A DNA stretch of 20,000 bases. Source: an uncultured virus (IMG/VR IMGVR_UViG_3300005573_001079) (lineage: Duplodnaviria; Heunggongvirae; Uroviricota; Caudoviricetes). Positions 1 through 8,495 of this stretch are shown one piece after another (position 1 is the first letter of the stretch; the number at the start of each line of letters is the position of its first letter). The notes below the pieces were generated by a model. That model was not told where the DNA came from, did no database searches, and saw nothing but the letters and a program-made list of their open reading frames with translations. Both the position numbers and the translations under genes were made by a program. The stretch lies in the IMG/VR virus record IMGVR_UViG_3300005573_001079, positions 108,926 to 128,925 of that record; one strand, written 5' to 3'.

Positions 1-392
1 AAATATAGGTATTTCCAATAAGAGTAAAAAGCACCTTGAATAACTTGAAAAGAATGATTGTTTATGTATCTTACATAATTTTCTACATAATTTGGATATG
101 TTATACAATCACAATCAAGAAAAATAATATAAGGAGTAGTAACCTTGGACGCTCCTAAGTTACGAACCGCAGAACGGTTTTTAGGTAAATTACAAACAAA
201 ATAAGAAGAATTTGGAAAGTATTTTAAAAATAAAGATTTAGTATCATCATAACTATTGTTATCAATAGCAATAACATCAAAATTAGAAAACGTTTGATTT
301 TTTAAACTTATCAAACATCTTCTAATTAAAGGTAGTCTATTAATATACTTACGTGAATCAGAAAATAAAGATAATACAATAGTTATATTCAT
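1..392 (-). CDS. Glycosyltransferase family 2 (GT-A fold), 3'-truncated by window edge
   Basis: Not in the ORF track. Manual translation from ATG at 392 gives MNITIVLSLFSDSRKY...LISLKNQTFSNFDVIAIDNNSYDDT...NRSAVRNLGASKVTTPYIIFLDCDC, open to position 1. Shows the GT2 N-terminal pattern (SL-NQT, IDNNS-D, RNLG, FLDxD). Confidence 0.9.
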   Translation of the reverse strand, partial: MNITIVLSLFSDSRKYINRLPLIRRCLISLKNQTFSNFDVIAIDNNSYDDTKSLFLKYFPNSSYFVCNLPKNRSAVRNLGASKVTTPYIIFLDCDCITYPNYVENYVRYINNHSFQVIQGAFYSYWKYLY

Positions 393-417
393 AAACCTTT
401 CTATATAATCTAAAATA

Positions 418-852
418 CTATTTACATAAAGAATTCCATTCTTTAAATTCAGCTGCTAAACAATCTGTTTTATAATCATATCCTTTCTCTTCTTTCAATT
501 CTGATAAAATTCTGTTCTTCATTAAGTTTCTTATCCCATTTAAACTGTGTGTTAACTTCAACTTGTAAAGATCTTGATCTTTCCCTTCTCTAACTGATTT
601 CTCATTATACCATATATGAGTATTAATTTGAGATAAAATTATCAGAGACTTTAGTAAAGTAGACGTTATCTTAATATCTTCATAAGATCTTAGTATCTGA
701 TCAATATCGTGTAATATATCATCTATCTCTTTTTCATACACATCTTTTTTATCTTCTATAAAAACAATCTTCAATAAATCTATACTAAGTCTGTCTAATA
801 AATCACTAATAGAAGGTAAATATCTTCTATTAATGTTTTTCTTTTTTTCCAT
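418..852 (-). CDS. Small helical protein, DUF6165/DUF4254-like (families often found near glycosyltransferase genes)
   Basis: 144 aa with motifs SISDLLDRLSIDLLK and INTHIWYNEKSVR followed by NGIRN, resembling the LIDRLSI / N..LW..E..R pattern of these families. Family assignment is by recollection. Confidence 0.55.
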   Translation of the reverse strand: MEKKKNINRRYLPSISDLLDRLSIDLLKIVFIEDKKDVYEKEIDDILHDIDQILRSYEDIKITSTLLKSLIILSQINTHIWYNEKSVREGKDQDLYKLKLTHSLNGIRNLMKNRILSELKEEKGYDYKTDCLAAEFKEWNSLCK

Positions 853-864
853 ATAAATTATTCC

Positions 865-1248
865 TTAAACTTTTTTCTTTAAAGAAGAAAGAAAATTTTT
901 GAGATAGGACTTGACTAAAAGCCCTTCTTTAGAGCTCCAAATTGCTCTCTTTTTCAAAACCTTAAAAGGTAATTTTTCGTTTTCAAATCTACAATCTATC
1001 TCTCTTAACACAAATAACTCCTTGTTAATCTCCTTGGATATCTTTTTTAAAACTTTTTCGTCTTTTGTAAGATCTAAATCCCCATACCAAATTTTTCCCG
1101 TGTTCCTTGTAATTATATTAGCATTAAATAAAACAAAATTTTTAGGATACAAAGTTTTATATAAACCCTTAGAAAAAGATAATAATCTTCCTAACTTAAA
1201 TCCGTGTTTTTCAAACACATCTTTATATTTTTCATAATTAACTTTCAT
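865..1248 (-). CDS. Hypothetical phage protein
   Basis: 127 aa, basic. Start overlaps the stop of the upstream GT, implying translational coupling. Conserved-looking core FNANI...KIWYGDLDLT.D...VLRE.D.RFENE. Confidence 0.7.
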   Translation of the reverse strand: MKVNYEKYKDVFEKHGFKLGRLLSFSKGLYKTLYPKNFVLFNANIITRNTGKIWYGDLDLTKDEKVLKKISKEINKELFVLREIDCRFENEKLPFKVLKKRAIWSSKEGLLVKSYLKNFLSSLKKKV

Positions 1249-2077
1249 ATTGTATCCTTAAATTTTCTTTTATTTTAGAAACAAATTGTTCGTAATTATT
1301 ATCCTTAAACTCTTTTATTCTTTTATGCATAACTTTTGGATGAGTTCCAGTAAACTTTTTTATTTTATTTTCTATAATGTCTTTTTCAAATAAAAATAAA
1401 TAATCACAATATTCTTTTCCTAATTTTTCTTTCATTTCTAACATCTTTGGATCGGGAAATCCTATATCTTTGAATAATTGTTGAAAGTCCCACTCTTTCT
1501 TCCATCCTTTTTCACCAGAATGAACTTTACCATAGTGATAAACTGTAATATCCGTATGTAATACCTCCCGCTCTACCCCTCCTGCTAATTGATGCGCATC
1601 CTCTACTAACATCCAATTACTCCCCCTTCTGTGTATTCTTATTATTTCATCATAAACAAAAGGAAATGTTGTTTCATAATTACATACAAAATGAATATAC
1701 TTGGTCGTAAGTGCAGTTACATTTAAATTATGTTTTTCAACTAATTTAATCCATGCTTTAATATTATTATATTGGTTTTCATGTATTACTTCATCAGATT
1801 GAACATGCCACTTAAAATCTGTATCTAAAAATAGTGCTGCATAGTTCCCAATTACAGATAACTCTGTAAAATGTTTTGCCCACGAATGTCTAACAATCTT
1901 AACTTTATCTTTATACTTTTCTCGAAATTGTTGTAATAATTCTAATGTATTGTCTTCGCTTTCACACTCACAAACTACTATTTGATCTGCAATTGGTACT
2001 ACAGATTCTAAAGATTCTAAAAATGGATAATCATAAATTACTCCATTTCTTATAAATTGATATACTCCAAGACTCAT
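1238..2077 (-). CDS. GT2-like glycosyltransferase (GT-A fold, variant QSDE motif)
   Basis: 279 aa. FIRNG..YDYPFLESLESV.PIAD.IVV...SEDNT, QSDE in place of DxD, YHYG and C-terminal F.GTHP.VM resemble a GT2 subfamily I recall from FCB-group bacteria. ATGA overlap with the upstream gene. Confidence 0.8.
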   Translation of the reverse strand: MSLGVYQFIRNGVIYDYPFLESLESVVPIADQIVVCECESEDNTLELLQQFREKYKDKVKIVRHSWAKHFTELSVIGNYAALFLDTDFKWHVQSDEVIHENQYNNIKAWIKLVEKHNLNVTALTTKYIHFVCNYETTFPFVYDEIIRIHRRGSNWMLVEDAHQLAGGVEREVLHTDITVYHYGKVHSGEKGWKKEWDFQQLFKDIGFPDPKMLEMKEKLGKEYCDYLFLFEKDIIENKIKKFTGTHPKVMHKRIKEFKDNNYEQFVSKIKENLRIQYES

Positions 2078-2376
2078 TTTTTCCTCTCTTTAAGTTTTTC
2101 TGAAATTTTTTCTCTTAAAGATTTCTGTTCGTAACTATAAGCTTCCCATTTTTTCTTCAAACTATTATTCTTTTCCTCTATAATTTTACCTATATTAGTA
2201 ACACTATCACTATTAGAAGACTTAACACTTACATTAAAAAAATTGTAAACTTTTTTTAAAGGTTTTTTGCAAATTTCACAAACTTCATCTGAAGAAAACT
2301 TAAAGGAAACTCTTTTAACTATTACTTCGTAGTTAGAACAATCAACATTTATACACTTATAACTAAATACTGGCAT
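2074..2376 (-). CDS. FmdB-family zinc-ribbon protein
   Basis: MPVFSYKCINVDC...CEICKKPLKK is a MPxYxYxC..C / CxxC ribbon. The ATG at 2376 is preceded by GGGAG at suitable spacing, so it is preferred over the GTG at 2385 in the ORF track. Confidence 0.75.
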   Translation of the reverse strand: MPVFSYKCINVDCSNYEVIVKRVSFKFSSDEVCEICKKPLKKVYNFFNVSVKSSNSDSVTNIGKIIEEKNNSLKKKWEAYSYEQKSLREKISEKLKERKK

Positions 2377-2391
2377 TTTATTCACTCCCTT

Positions 2392-2607
2392 TTACCATAA
2401 TACTGTTCTATTTCGAATAATAATAAAAATAGCCTTTACTGCTCCAAATACTCCTCTCAATAAAAAATATATAAAAGTAAACAAAATAAAAATCACTCCC
2501 CATGGATTCAATATTCTAACTCTTAATTCTTCTTCTTTGCTTGTTATTGCACCTAAAAAATAAAATGTGTAAAAAATAAAAGCCAAATATTTATCATCTC
2601 CTTTCAT
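2392..2607 (-). CDS. Small membrane protein, unknown function
   Basis: 71 aa with hydrophobic stretches (LAFIFYTFYFLGAI; PWGVIFILFTFIYFLL). ATGA overlap with the upstream GT stop. Confidence 0.6.
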   Translation of the reverse strand: MKGDDKYLAFIFYTFYFLGAITSKEEELRVRILNPWGVIFILFTFIYFLLRGVFGAVKAIFIIIRNRTVLW

Positions 2608-3575
2608 CCTACTACCCTTTCTAAAAATCTTAAATATTGTTGTGTTGTATTTTCTTTAGTATACTTTAAAGAAGTATTGTATGCATTTCTAATTAACACT
2701 TCAAGTTTTTGATTATCTAAAAGTAAAAAATTATATAAAGAATCTGCTAAGGCATTTAAATCTCCGTCTTTTACAACAAAACAATTTTGACCATCTTTCA
2801 TAAATTCTTCTCCACCACCTCCTGTAAAACCAATTACAAAAGTATTAGACGCCATTGCCTCCAATGCAGGTAATCCAAATCCTTCTGGATAAGAATGAGC
2901 AATAAAAACATCATGTTCTCTTAAAACATGTGCGAAAGCAATCTCCGATACATCTTCTAATGTATAAAATTGAACTCTTCTCAAAAGAGTAGGAGAATAT
3001 TTATTAGAAGAGTAAAGAATATTTATTAAATCTTCTCTAACTTTATCACCATTTTTTCTTTTTTGTATTAAAACATTACAACGATTCGCAAAAAATTTCA
3101 AATTAAAATTCATCGGATAAAAAATATCTTTTCTTATAAAAGGCTCTACAACGTGAGCATCTTCTCTCAAAATAAACTTTCTCACAAACTCTGAAATACA
3201 AAGTATGTGTTTATCTCTGTAATTATTCAAAATAGGATTCCAAAATACATGCCCTTGTATGTAACAAACTTTAATAAAATCATTAAACATAGAATCTAAT
3301 GGATAAGTATCTTCCCACCCTATTACTACAACTTTTTTACCAGATTTCTTTGAAGTATATGCATATTGTTGAGCTTCTTTATATGAAGTTATTCTTCCTG
3401 TGTCTCTTTTTGCCATCCAATGAGGAATCGAATTAACATTAGGAAAACATATAATAGACTCAATTCCTAATTTTTTCTCTATCTCAGATAAATCATAATG
3501 TACTTTTATTCCTCCGCAAGGAGACGTATTTTCTGGAAGTACGTGTATAATCAACAACTCTTCTGTAGATATCAT
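2604..3575 (-). CDS. Glycosyltransferase family 4 (GT-B fold)
   Basis: 323 aa. N-terminal PCGGIKVHY, C-terminal DVFIAHSYPEGFGLPALEAMA (E-X7-E) and GGGEEFMKDGQN. SD GGAGG upstream. Confidence 0.9.
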   Translation of the reverse strand: MISTEELLIIHVLPENTSPCGGIKVHYDLSEIEKKLGIESIICFPNVNSIPHWMAKRDTGRITSYKEAQQYAYTSKKSGKKVVVIGWEDTYPLDSMFNDFIKVCYIQGHVFWNPILNNYRDKHILCISEFVRKFILREDAHVVEPFIRKDIFYPMNFNLKFFANRCNVLIQKRKNGDKVREDLINILYSSNKYSPTLLRRVQFYTLEDVSEIAFAHVLREHDVFIAHSYPEGFGLPALEAMASNTFVIGFTGGGGEEFMKDGQNCFVVKDGDLNALADSLYNFLLLDNQKLEVLIRNAYNTSLKYTKENTTQQYLRFLERVVG

Positions 3576-3626
3576 AAAGCCTCCACAAAATTTCTTATTT
3601 TTTTCTTAAAAAAAAATGTTTTATCA

Positions 3627-5528
3627 TTACTTATCAAAAATTAAATTTTTTCCTAGTTTCCCAATATTTTCAATTGAATATTGTTGTGCTTTTATATAAG
3701 CAATTTCACCTTTTTTCTTTATTTCTTCTCTATTATTATACAAATGTCTAAATATCTCTGTAAGATGATCAACACTAGGTTCTGCCCATTGTCCTCCTAT
3801 ATAATTATGAAAATACGGTAAGTATTGTAAAGGAATATCTACAAGTTTGTAATCAATCAACCACCCATTTTCTTCTCCTACATAATCTAATAATCCACTA
3901 TAACCAGTAGCTATAGAAGGTATGCCTAGCGCACCTGCTTCTATAAATGGTAATCCAAATCCCTCCGCTCTTGTTGGTAACACAAAAACATCAAAATTTC
4001 TTAAAAAATTTGGCATAAGCTTGTCTGATATGTAATTTGTTGTTACAAGTATAGAAGGACGATTTTCAAACGGTACAATAGAGTTTATCCAATCAACTAT
4101 TGACATTCCTTTTTGTTCTAAAACAAACTTCATAGATAGTGCGTGAATAGTTAAAGTAACATCATCATTCTTTGTAAAAGCATTACAAAATGCCTTTACT
4201 AAAATTTCGGGGGCTTTTCTTTCTCCAAAATGGAAAACAGAAACAAAATTTAATCCTTTTAATCCATCTATATTCAATCTGCTTCCTTCTTTTTTGAATA
4301 AAGAAGTATCAACTGAATTTGGCAACACAAAAATAGGAGTCTTAACTCCACACTCTAATAAAACATTTCTAAAAAAAGTAGAAGTTGTAAAAACTTTGTC
4401 TACGTTATTTAATTGTTCTACCCACTGTTTTGGAACTCTGGTACTTTCTCCTGTAGTATGTGCAATACGTTGTTTTCCTGGAGGCATTAAATACATATGA
4501 TCCCCTTCTGAAGATCTTAAAACAACTCTATTCCAGTAATCATTAGGTTTTAAAATCATCTCCTTAATTTCCCAATCAATCATATTTTTCTTATCATAAT
4601 GATATTCAACTGGAGCAATTGAAACATCGACTCCATTTCTTTTTAATCCTTTTGCTAAATTTCTCATTACTCCACAAAAAGACCATTCTCCATATATTTC
4701 AGAGGATATCAAAACTTTATAAGGATTATCACTTTTATATTCTTCTTGTTCTCTCTTTAAATAGAATTTAATTTGATTCTTATCACTTATTTGTTTCTTA
4801 ACATCTTCACTATCTCCTTTAACTATATCTCTAGAAGTAACGTTTTCATAATGAATAGCTTGTGCAAATGGTGTATATACAGTTTTATATCCTTCTTTTC
4901 TAGCTCTATAAACATAGTCTACTTCCTCAAAGTACCCTCTCTCAAATATATTATCAAAAATTCCAACTTTATCAACTACCTCTTTCTTTATATAAAACAA
5001 TGCACCAGTAACATACTCTACTTCTGTAATTTGATTAATAAAAGAAGTAGGAAGTCCAGCATCTATATGTTGTCCCCATCCAAATACATTTAAAAACGCA
5101 CCTGCATGTTGAATAGTTCCATCTGGAAATAATAATTTACCTCCTACAATTCCTATATCATTGCTTAAGTATGCAGCAGTAACTAAATTATCAATACATC
5201 CATCAAGGAGAATCATATCATTATTCATAATCAAAAAATCGCAGTCTTCTTTTAAACTCAAAATGTATTTTATCCCTAAATTTGCACCTCCTCCATACCC
5301 TAAATTTTCATCACTATGAATAAAATAAGGAAAAAAGTTTGGAGATTCTTTTAAGTACTCTTTGCTCTTTAAATATTGTAAAGTCTCATCGGTAGAATTA
5401 TTATCTACTATTACTAAAAAGAGTTTGTTTATCTTAGTAGATTGTGAAAAAACTCTACGTATAGATTCTACAACTTGCTTAGTATAAAATAACTGATTGT
5501 AAACTGGAATAATAATTGACAAATTCAT
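3627..5528 (-). CDS. Bifunctional GT2 + GT4 glycosyltransferase
   Basis: 633 aa. N-half has SIIIPVYN, VDNNSTD, NLGYGGGANLG, MNND, GYFEEVD and H.E..S (GT2). C-half has RKAPE and DVFVLPTRAEGFGLPFIEAGALGIPSIATGYSG (GT4). SD AAGGAG. Confidence 0.92.
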   Translation of the reverse strand: MNLSIIIPVYNQLFYTKQVVESIRRVFSQSTKINKLFLVIVDNNSTDETLQYLKSKEYLKESPNFFPYFIHSDENLGYGGGANLGIKYILSLKEDCDFLIMNNDMILLDGCIDNLVTAAYLSNDIGIVGGKLLFPDGTIQHAGAFLNVFGWGQHIDAGLPTSFINQITEVEYVTGALFYIKKEVVDKVGIFDNIFERGYFEEVDYVYRARKEGYKTVYTPFAQAIHYENVTSRDIVKGDSEDVKKQISDKNQIKFYLKREQEEYKSDNPYKVLISSEIYGEWSFCGVMRNLAKGLKRNGVDVSIAPVEYHYDKKNMIDWEIKEMILKPNDYWNRVVLRSSEGDHMYLMPPGKQRIAHTTGESTRVPKQWVEQLNNVDKVFTTSTFFRNVLLECGVKTPIFVLPNSVDTSLFKKEGSRLNIDGLKGLNFVSVFHFGERKAPEILVKAFCNAFTKNDDVTLTIHALSMKFVLEQKGMSIVDWINSIVPFENRPSILVTTNYISDKLMPNFLRNFDVFVLPTRAEGFGLPFIEAGALGIPSIATGYSGLLDYVGEENGWLIDYKLVDIPLQYLPYFHNYIGGQWAEPSVDHLTEIFRHLYNNREEIKKKGEIAYIKAQQYSIENIGKLGKNLIFDK

Positions 5529-5570
5529 TTCCTAAGTCTCCTTTTTAACATATTCGAAATTACGAATTCC

Positions 5571-5605
5571 TATTATATAATCGTATTATATAATCGTATT
5601 ATATA
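5571..5605. repeat. 13-bp tandem repeat TATTATATAATCG (about 2.7 copies), plus an inverted copy at 5669-5681
   Basis: Copies at 5571-5583, 5584-5596 and a partial copy at 5597-5605. Reverse complement CGATTATATAATA at 5669-5681. Each full unit contains the perfect palindrome ATTATATAAT. Confidence 0.9.
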
Positions 5606-5655
5606 TGGCGTTTATTATAATAATAATATTAATATTAATAAATAATTATATGTGT

Positions 5656-5672
5656 ATCGCGCGAAGCGCGAT
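5656..5672. other. GC-rich hairpin ATCGCGC-GAA-GCGCGAT (contains GCGAAGC mini-hairpin on + strand)
   Basis: Perfect 7-bp inverted repeat with a 3-nt loop, forming a GC island in an extremely AT-rich tract. Confidence 0.8.
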
Positions 5673-5735
5673 TATATAATACAAATGATTTTTGCATTTT
5701 TTCATACAAATTTACATTTCTTTTTATTTTTTTTA

Positions 5736-5760
5736 TAACTTGTTGTAAAATAACAATTTA
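5736..5760. promoter_or_regulatory. Spaced palindrome copy 1: TAACTTGTT-N7-AACAATTTA
   Basis: 9-bp arms with one mismatch (extendable to 11 bp, 5734-5762) and a 7-bp spacer. Same architecture as the copy at 5865-5889. Function is inferred. Confidence 0.5.
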
Positions 5761-5864
5761 TAGAAATAAAAAATTTAAAAATTGTTAAAACCTAAAAGAT
5801 AATTTAAGTTCAAATTTTTTTCAAGATTGTAAAACTGTTAAAAAAATGCTTTTTATAGTTTCTA

Positions 5865-5889
5865 TAACTTATTAAAATATAATAAGTTA
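5865..5889. promoter_or_regulatory. Spaced palindrome copy 2: TAACTTATT-N7-AATAAGTTA
   Basis: Perfect 9-bp arms with a 7-bp spacer (AAAATAT). Function is inferred. Confidence 0.5.
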
Positions 5890-5936
5890 GTTTTCTTACA
5901 AAAAATAAAATCAAAGAACAAATTTATATTTAAAGT

Positions 5937-5986
5937 ATTCGAGATGCTAAAGCATCTCGAATGTCAACCTTTAAAAAGGTTGACAT
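5937..5986 (-). terminator. Tandem hairpins immediately after the GT4 stop codon (probable terminator or processing site)
   Basis: ATTCGAGATGCT-AA-AGCATCTCGAAT (5937-5962) and ATGTCAACCTTT-AA-AAAGGTTGACAT (5961-5986), both perfect, starting 3 nt after the stop at 5990. The following sequence on the minus strand is T-rich but has no clean immediate U-tract. Confidence 0.6.
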
Positions 5987-5989
5987 ACA

Positions 5990-7216
5990 TCACACCTTAT
6001 CTAAAGTCAATATATTTCCTAAGGAGCTTTTGGAAATAAGAGATTGAGAAAGGTTACTAAATAAGTCAATTAATTTACTATAAGTAGATTCTTTTGAAAA
6101 TGATTTTCTAAATATTTCTCCTGCTTCTTTTGCTTTTTTTCTGTTTTCTTCTTCATTATCTATTAAGTCTTTAATCTTCTTTTTTGCGTCCTCGATGTTA
6201 GGGTATGCCCAAATCATATCTGGTGTAAAAAATCCAGTAGATAATGCTCCTTTAGAAACAGGTTTTAAATCGAAATCTATAACATTAAAATATTTAGGAT
6301 TTATAAAGTGCATATGTCCACTCCAACCAGTTACTGCTACGGGTAAATCACACGCAACCGCTTCTGCAATACCTCTTCCCCATCCTTCTCCGCTTGTTAG
6401 AGATACAAACCCTGTTATTTTAGGATGTTTATAAACAATTGCCATTTCTTCATCTGTTAAGTTTCCATGTAATAAAGTTATCTTAGGATATAAAGCGTTT
6501 CCTTTAATAGATTTAATTCTTTGTTGTACATGGTAGTAATCATAAGAAGAATTATTAGAAATTTGTGTTTTTAATACTAAACCTACTTTTTTGTTATTTT
6601 CAAAAGTTTTTACAAACAAATTTAGTAGCAACCCTATCCCTTTTCTGTCTTCTCCGATTCCTCCTTGCAACCATTGACCTACACCTAGTAAGTTTTTTTC
6701 GCACGGTAAATCATCTAAAAGTTTGTATACAAAGACATCGGAATTAACTGGATTATTATTAAAAATACTAGTATCTACTCCCTCTTCTACTACTGCTATC
6801 TTAGTAGTAACCCCACTATTTTTGAAAACATCTCTTTGAAAATTACTTGGAACAATTACTAAATCCATTAAGTTACACTTATCTACCCACTCCTTAGGTA
6901 TTTTGTTTGACTCTAAACCTGCTGTAATTCCTACGTTTAAATTGCCTACTTTTGTAAACTCTGGTGGTATTCCAACATGTACAAATATAAAAGGAACATA
7001 TTTGTGTATAACATTATTACACATAAATAACAGTACTTCTTTATCTTTTACGGGAATAGTATCCGCAGTATTTGTTGATCCACCCCATTGAGTTGGTAAA
7101 ATTGCAATGTTAAACTTTTGACTATTCCACAAAGAAATAGCAATATCTCTACTGTGAGCTCCGTATCCACTTTGAGAAAAAACTGGAGCTCTTAAAACAA
7201 TATTCGGTTTATTCAT
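5990..7216 (-). CDS. Glycosyltransferase family 4 (GT-B fold)
   Basis: 408 aa. N-terminal APVFSQSGYGAHSRD, DRKG, and GEGWGRGIAEAVACDLPVAVTGWSGH (E-X7-E). Confidence 0.9.
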   Translation of the reverse strand: MNKPNIVLRAPVFSQSGYGAHSRDIAISLWNSQKFNIAILPTQWGGSTNTADTIPVKDKEVLLFMCNNVIHKYVPFIFVHVGIPPEFTKVGNLNVGITAGLESNKIPKEWVDKCNLMDLVIVPSNFQRDVFKNSGVTTKIAVVEEGVDTSIFNNNPVNSDVFVYKLLDDLPCEKNLLGVGQWLQGGIGEDRKGIGLLLNLFVKTFENNKKVGLVLKTQISNNSSYDYYHVQQRIKSIKGNALYPKITLLHGNLTDEEMAIVYKHPKITGFVSLTSGEGWGRGIAEAVACDLPVAVTGWSGHMHFINPKYFNVIDFDLKPVSKGALSTGFFTPDMIWAYPNIEDAKKKIKDLIDNEEENRKKAKEAGEIFRKSFSKESTYSKLIDLFSNLSQSLISKSSLGNILTLDKV

Positions 7217-7227
7217 AATTCCTCTCT

Positions 7228-8448
7228 TTATATTGTTGTTAATTTAACTCTTTTATAAGATTTTGGTTGTTCATAAAGTTCTTTTAAAATTTTATCCCAT
7301 TTTTCTATTACTTGATTTATATGAAAATGAGATATGATGTGTTCTCTTGCTTCTTTTCCAATAGTTTCTTTTAATGTTTTGCGCTCTTTATACATAGTAT
7401 GCAAAGAATTAATTGCAGTGTCAAATGAAACATAATCTTGATATATATAAGATGCACCGGGAACTCCAAATAAAGTTCTTACATCGGGTTCCATCAATAT
7501 TCCATATACTTTGTTCCCATCCGTTAATTGCTCTGTCATACCACCAGTTTTAGTCGCAACAACAGGAGTTCCTGCACATAAAGATTCTCCTACACAAAGT
7601 CCGAAACCTTCATTATAAGTTATCGTAAACGTTACGTCTGCTATATTGTAGAATAAATTTAACCTATCAGACTTTACTTTTTCAAAATTATAAACAACTG
7701 GAACTTTTTCAAATCCTAAATCTCTATGAAATTGTAGTATATCTATACCTTCAACATCTATTGGATCAGTATTCATAAGAAGTAAAGAGTGTGGATGAGT
7801 TTTATGAAATTCTTTAAAAATCATTAAAACATCTCCTACTCTTTTTCTTATAATATTTCTATTGTTCCAAAATATAATGAACTCAAGATTTTCCATATTT
7901 ACAAGATTTTTTAAGTTTTCTCTTTCTTTTCTAATAATGTTTTGTGGTAAAGGATAAAATTCTGTAGGATCAAACCCATGTTGAACACAATAAATTGGTT
8001 TATCTTTAATATTTTCCTTCATTAATTCATAAGAAAATTTTGAAATCATTACTAACGCATCACAAGATTCATAAAAAGGAAGGTTAAATTTTGGAAAAGG
8101 GTCATTATCCCAAGTATGGTAAAATACTATTCTACTATACTCTCTGATTTCATCATCCATTTTAAATAAGTATCCAAAAAATCGAGGATCAGAAAAAGGA
8201 ATTATAAAGTCGGGCTTCTCTTTATCAATAACATACCTTACAAAGTTCTTATCCCCATACTCTCTACCTATGTTAACTGGATATATTAACACATCTTCTT
8301 TAACAGGAGTTAGGTCTTTATGATTTAATGCACACCCTATTACTACTACTTCATAACCTAAGTTTGCTAATCCTTTGGTCAACTTTCTTGCTTGTATTCC
8401 TACTCCTGTATTTAAACGAATATCATCAGTAATAAATAATAGTTTCAC
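7228..8448 (-). CDS. Glycosyltransferase family 4 (GT-B fold)
   Basis: 406 aa, GTG start with SD AGGAG. N-terminal TDDIRLNTGVG, NRNIIRKR, and YNIADV...NEGFGLCVGESLCAGTPVVATKTGG (E-X7-E). Confidence 0.9.
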   Translation of the reverse strand: MKLLFITDDIRLNTGVGIQARKLTKGLANLGYEVVVIGCALNHKDLTPVKEDVLIYPVNIGREYGDKNFVRYVIDKEKPDFIIPFSDPRFFGYLFKMDDEIREYSRIVFYHTWDNDPFPKFNLPFYESCDALVMISKFSYELMKENIKDKPIYCVQHGFDPTEFYPLPQNIIRKERENLKNLVNMENLEFIIFWNNRNIIRKRVGDVLMIFKEFHKTHPHSLLLMNTDPIDVEGIDILQFHRDLGFEKVPVVYNFEKVKSDRLNLFYNIADVTFTITYNEGFGLCVGESLCAGTPVVATKTGGMTEQLTDGNKVYGILMEPDVRTLFGVPGASYIYQDYVSFDTAINSLHTMYKERKTLKETIGKEAREHIISHFHINQVIEKWDKILKELYEQPKSYKRVKLTTI

Positions 8449-8495
8449 GATTATCTCCTAATTTTTTTTTATTAATAATTGTATTATACAAAATT

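Noticed and set aside
5700..5930. Bacteroidota-type promoter (TAnnTTTG matches on the minus strand near 5707-5714 and 5919-5926)
   Set aside because: No properly spaced upstream TTTG element, and such matches are expected by chance in this AT-rich tract.
5529..5989. tRNA or known structured ncRNA in the intergenic gap
   Set aside because: No cloverleaf or T-loop consensus. The region is too AT-rich apart from isolated hairpins.
1..8448. Ordinary bacterial LPS/capsule operon
   Set aside because: No flippase, polymerase, chain-length regulator or nucleotide-sugar enzymes in the window, and the GTs are contiguous with phage baseplate genes. Action on host glycans or on phage DNA is not excluded, but no base-modifying partner enzymes are visible here.
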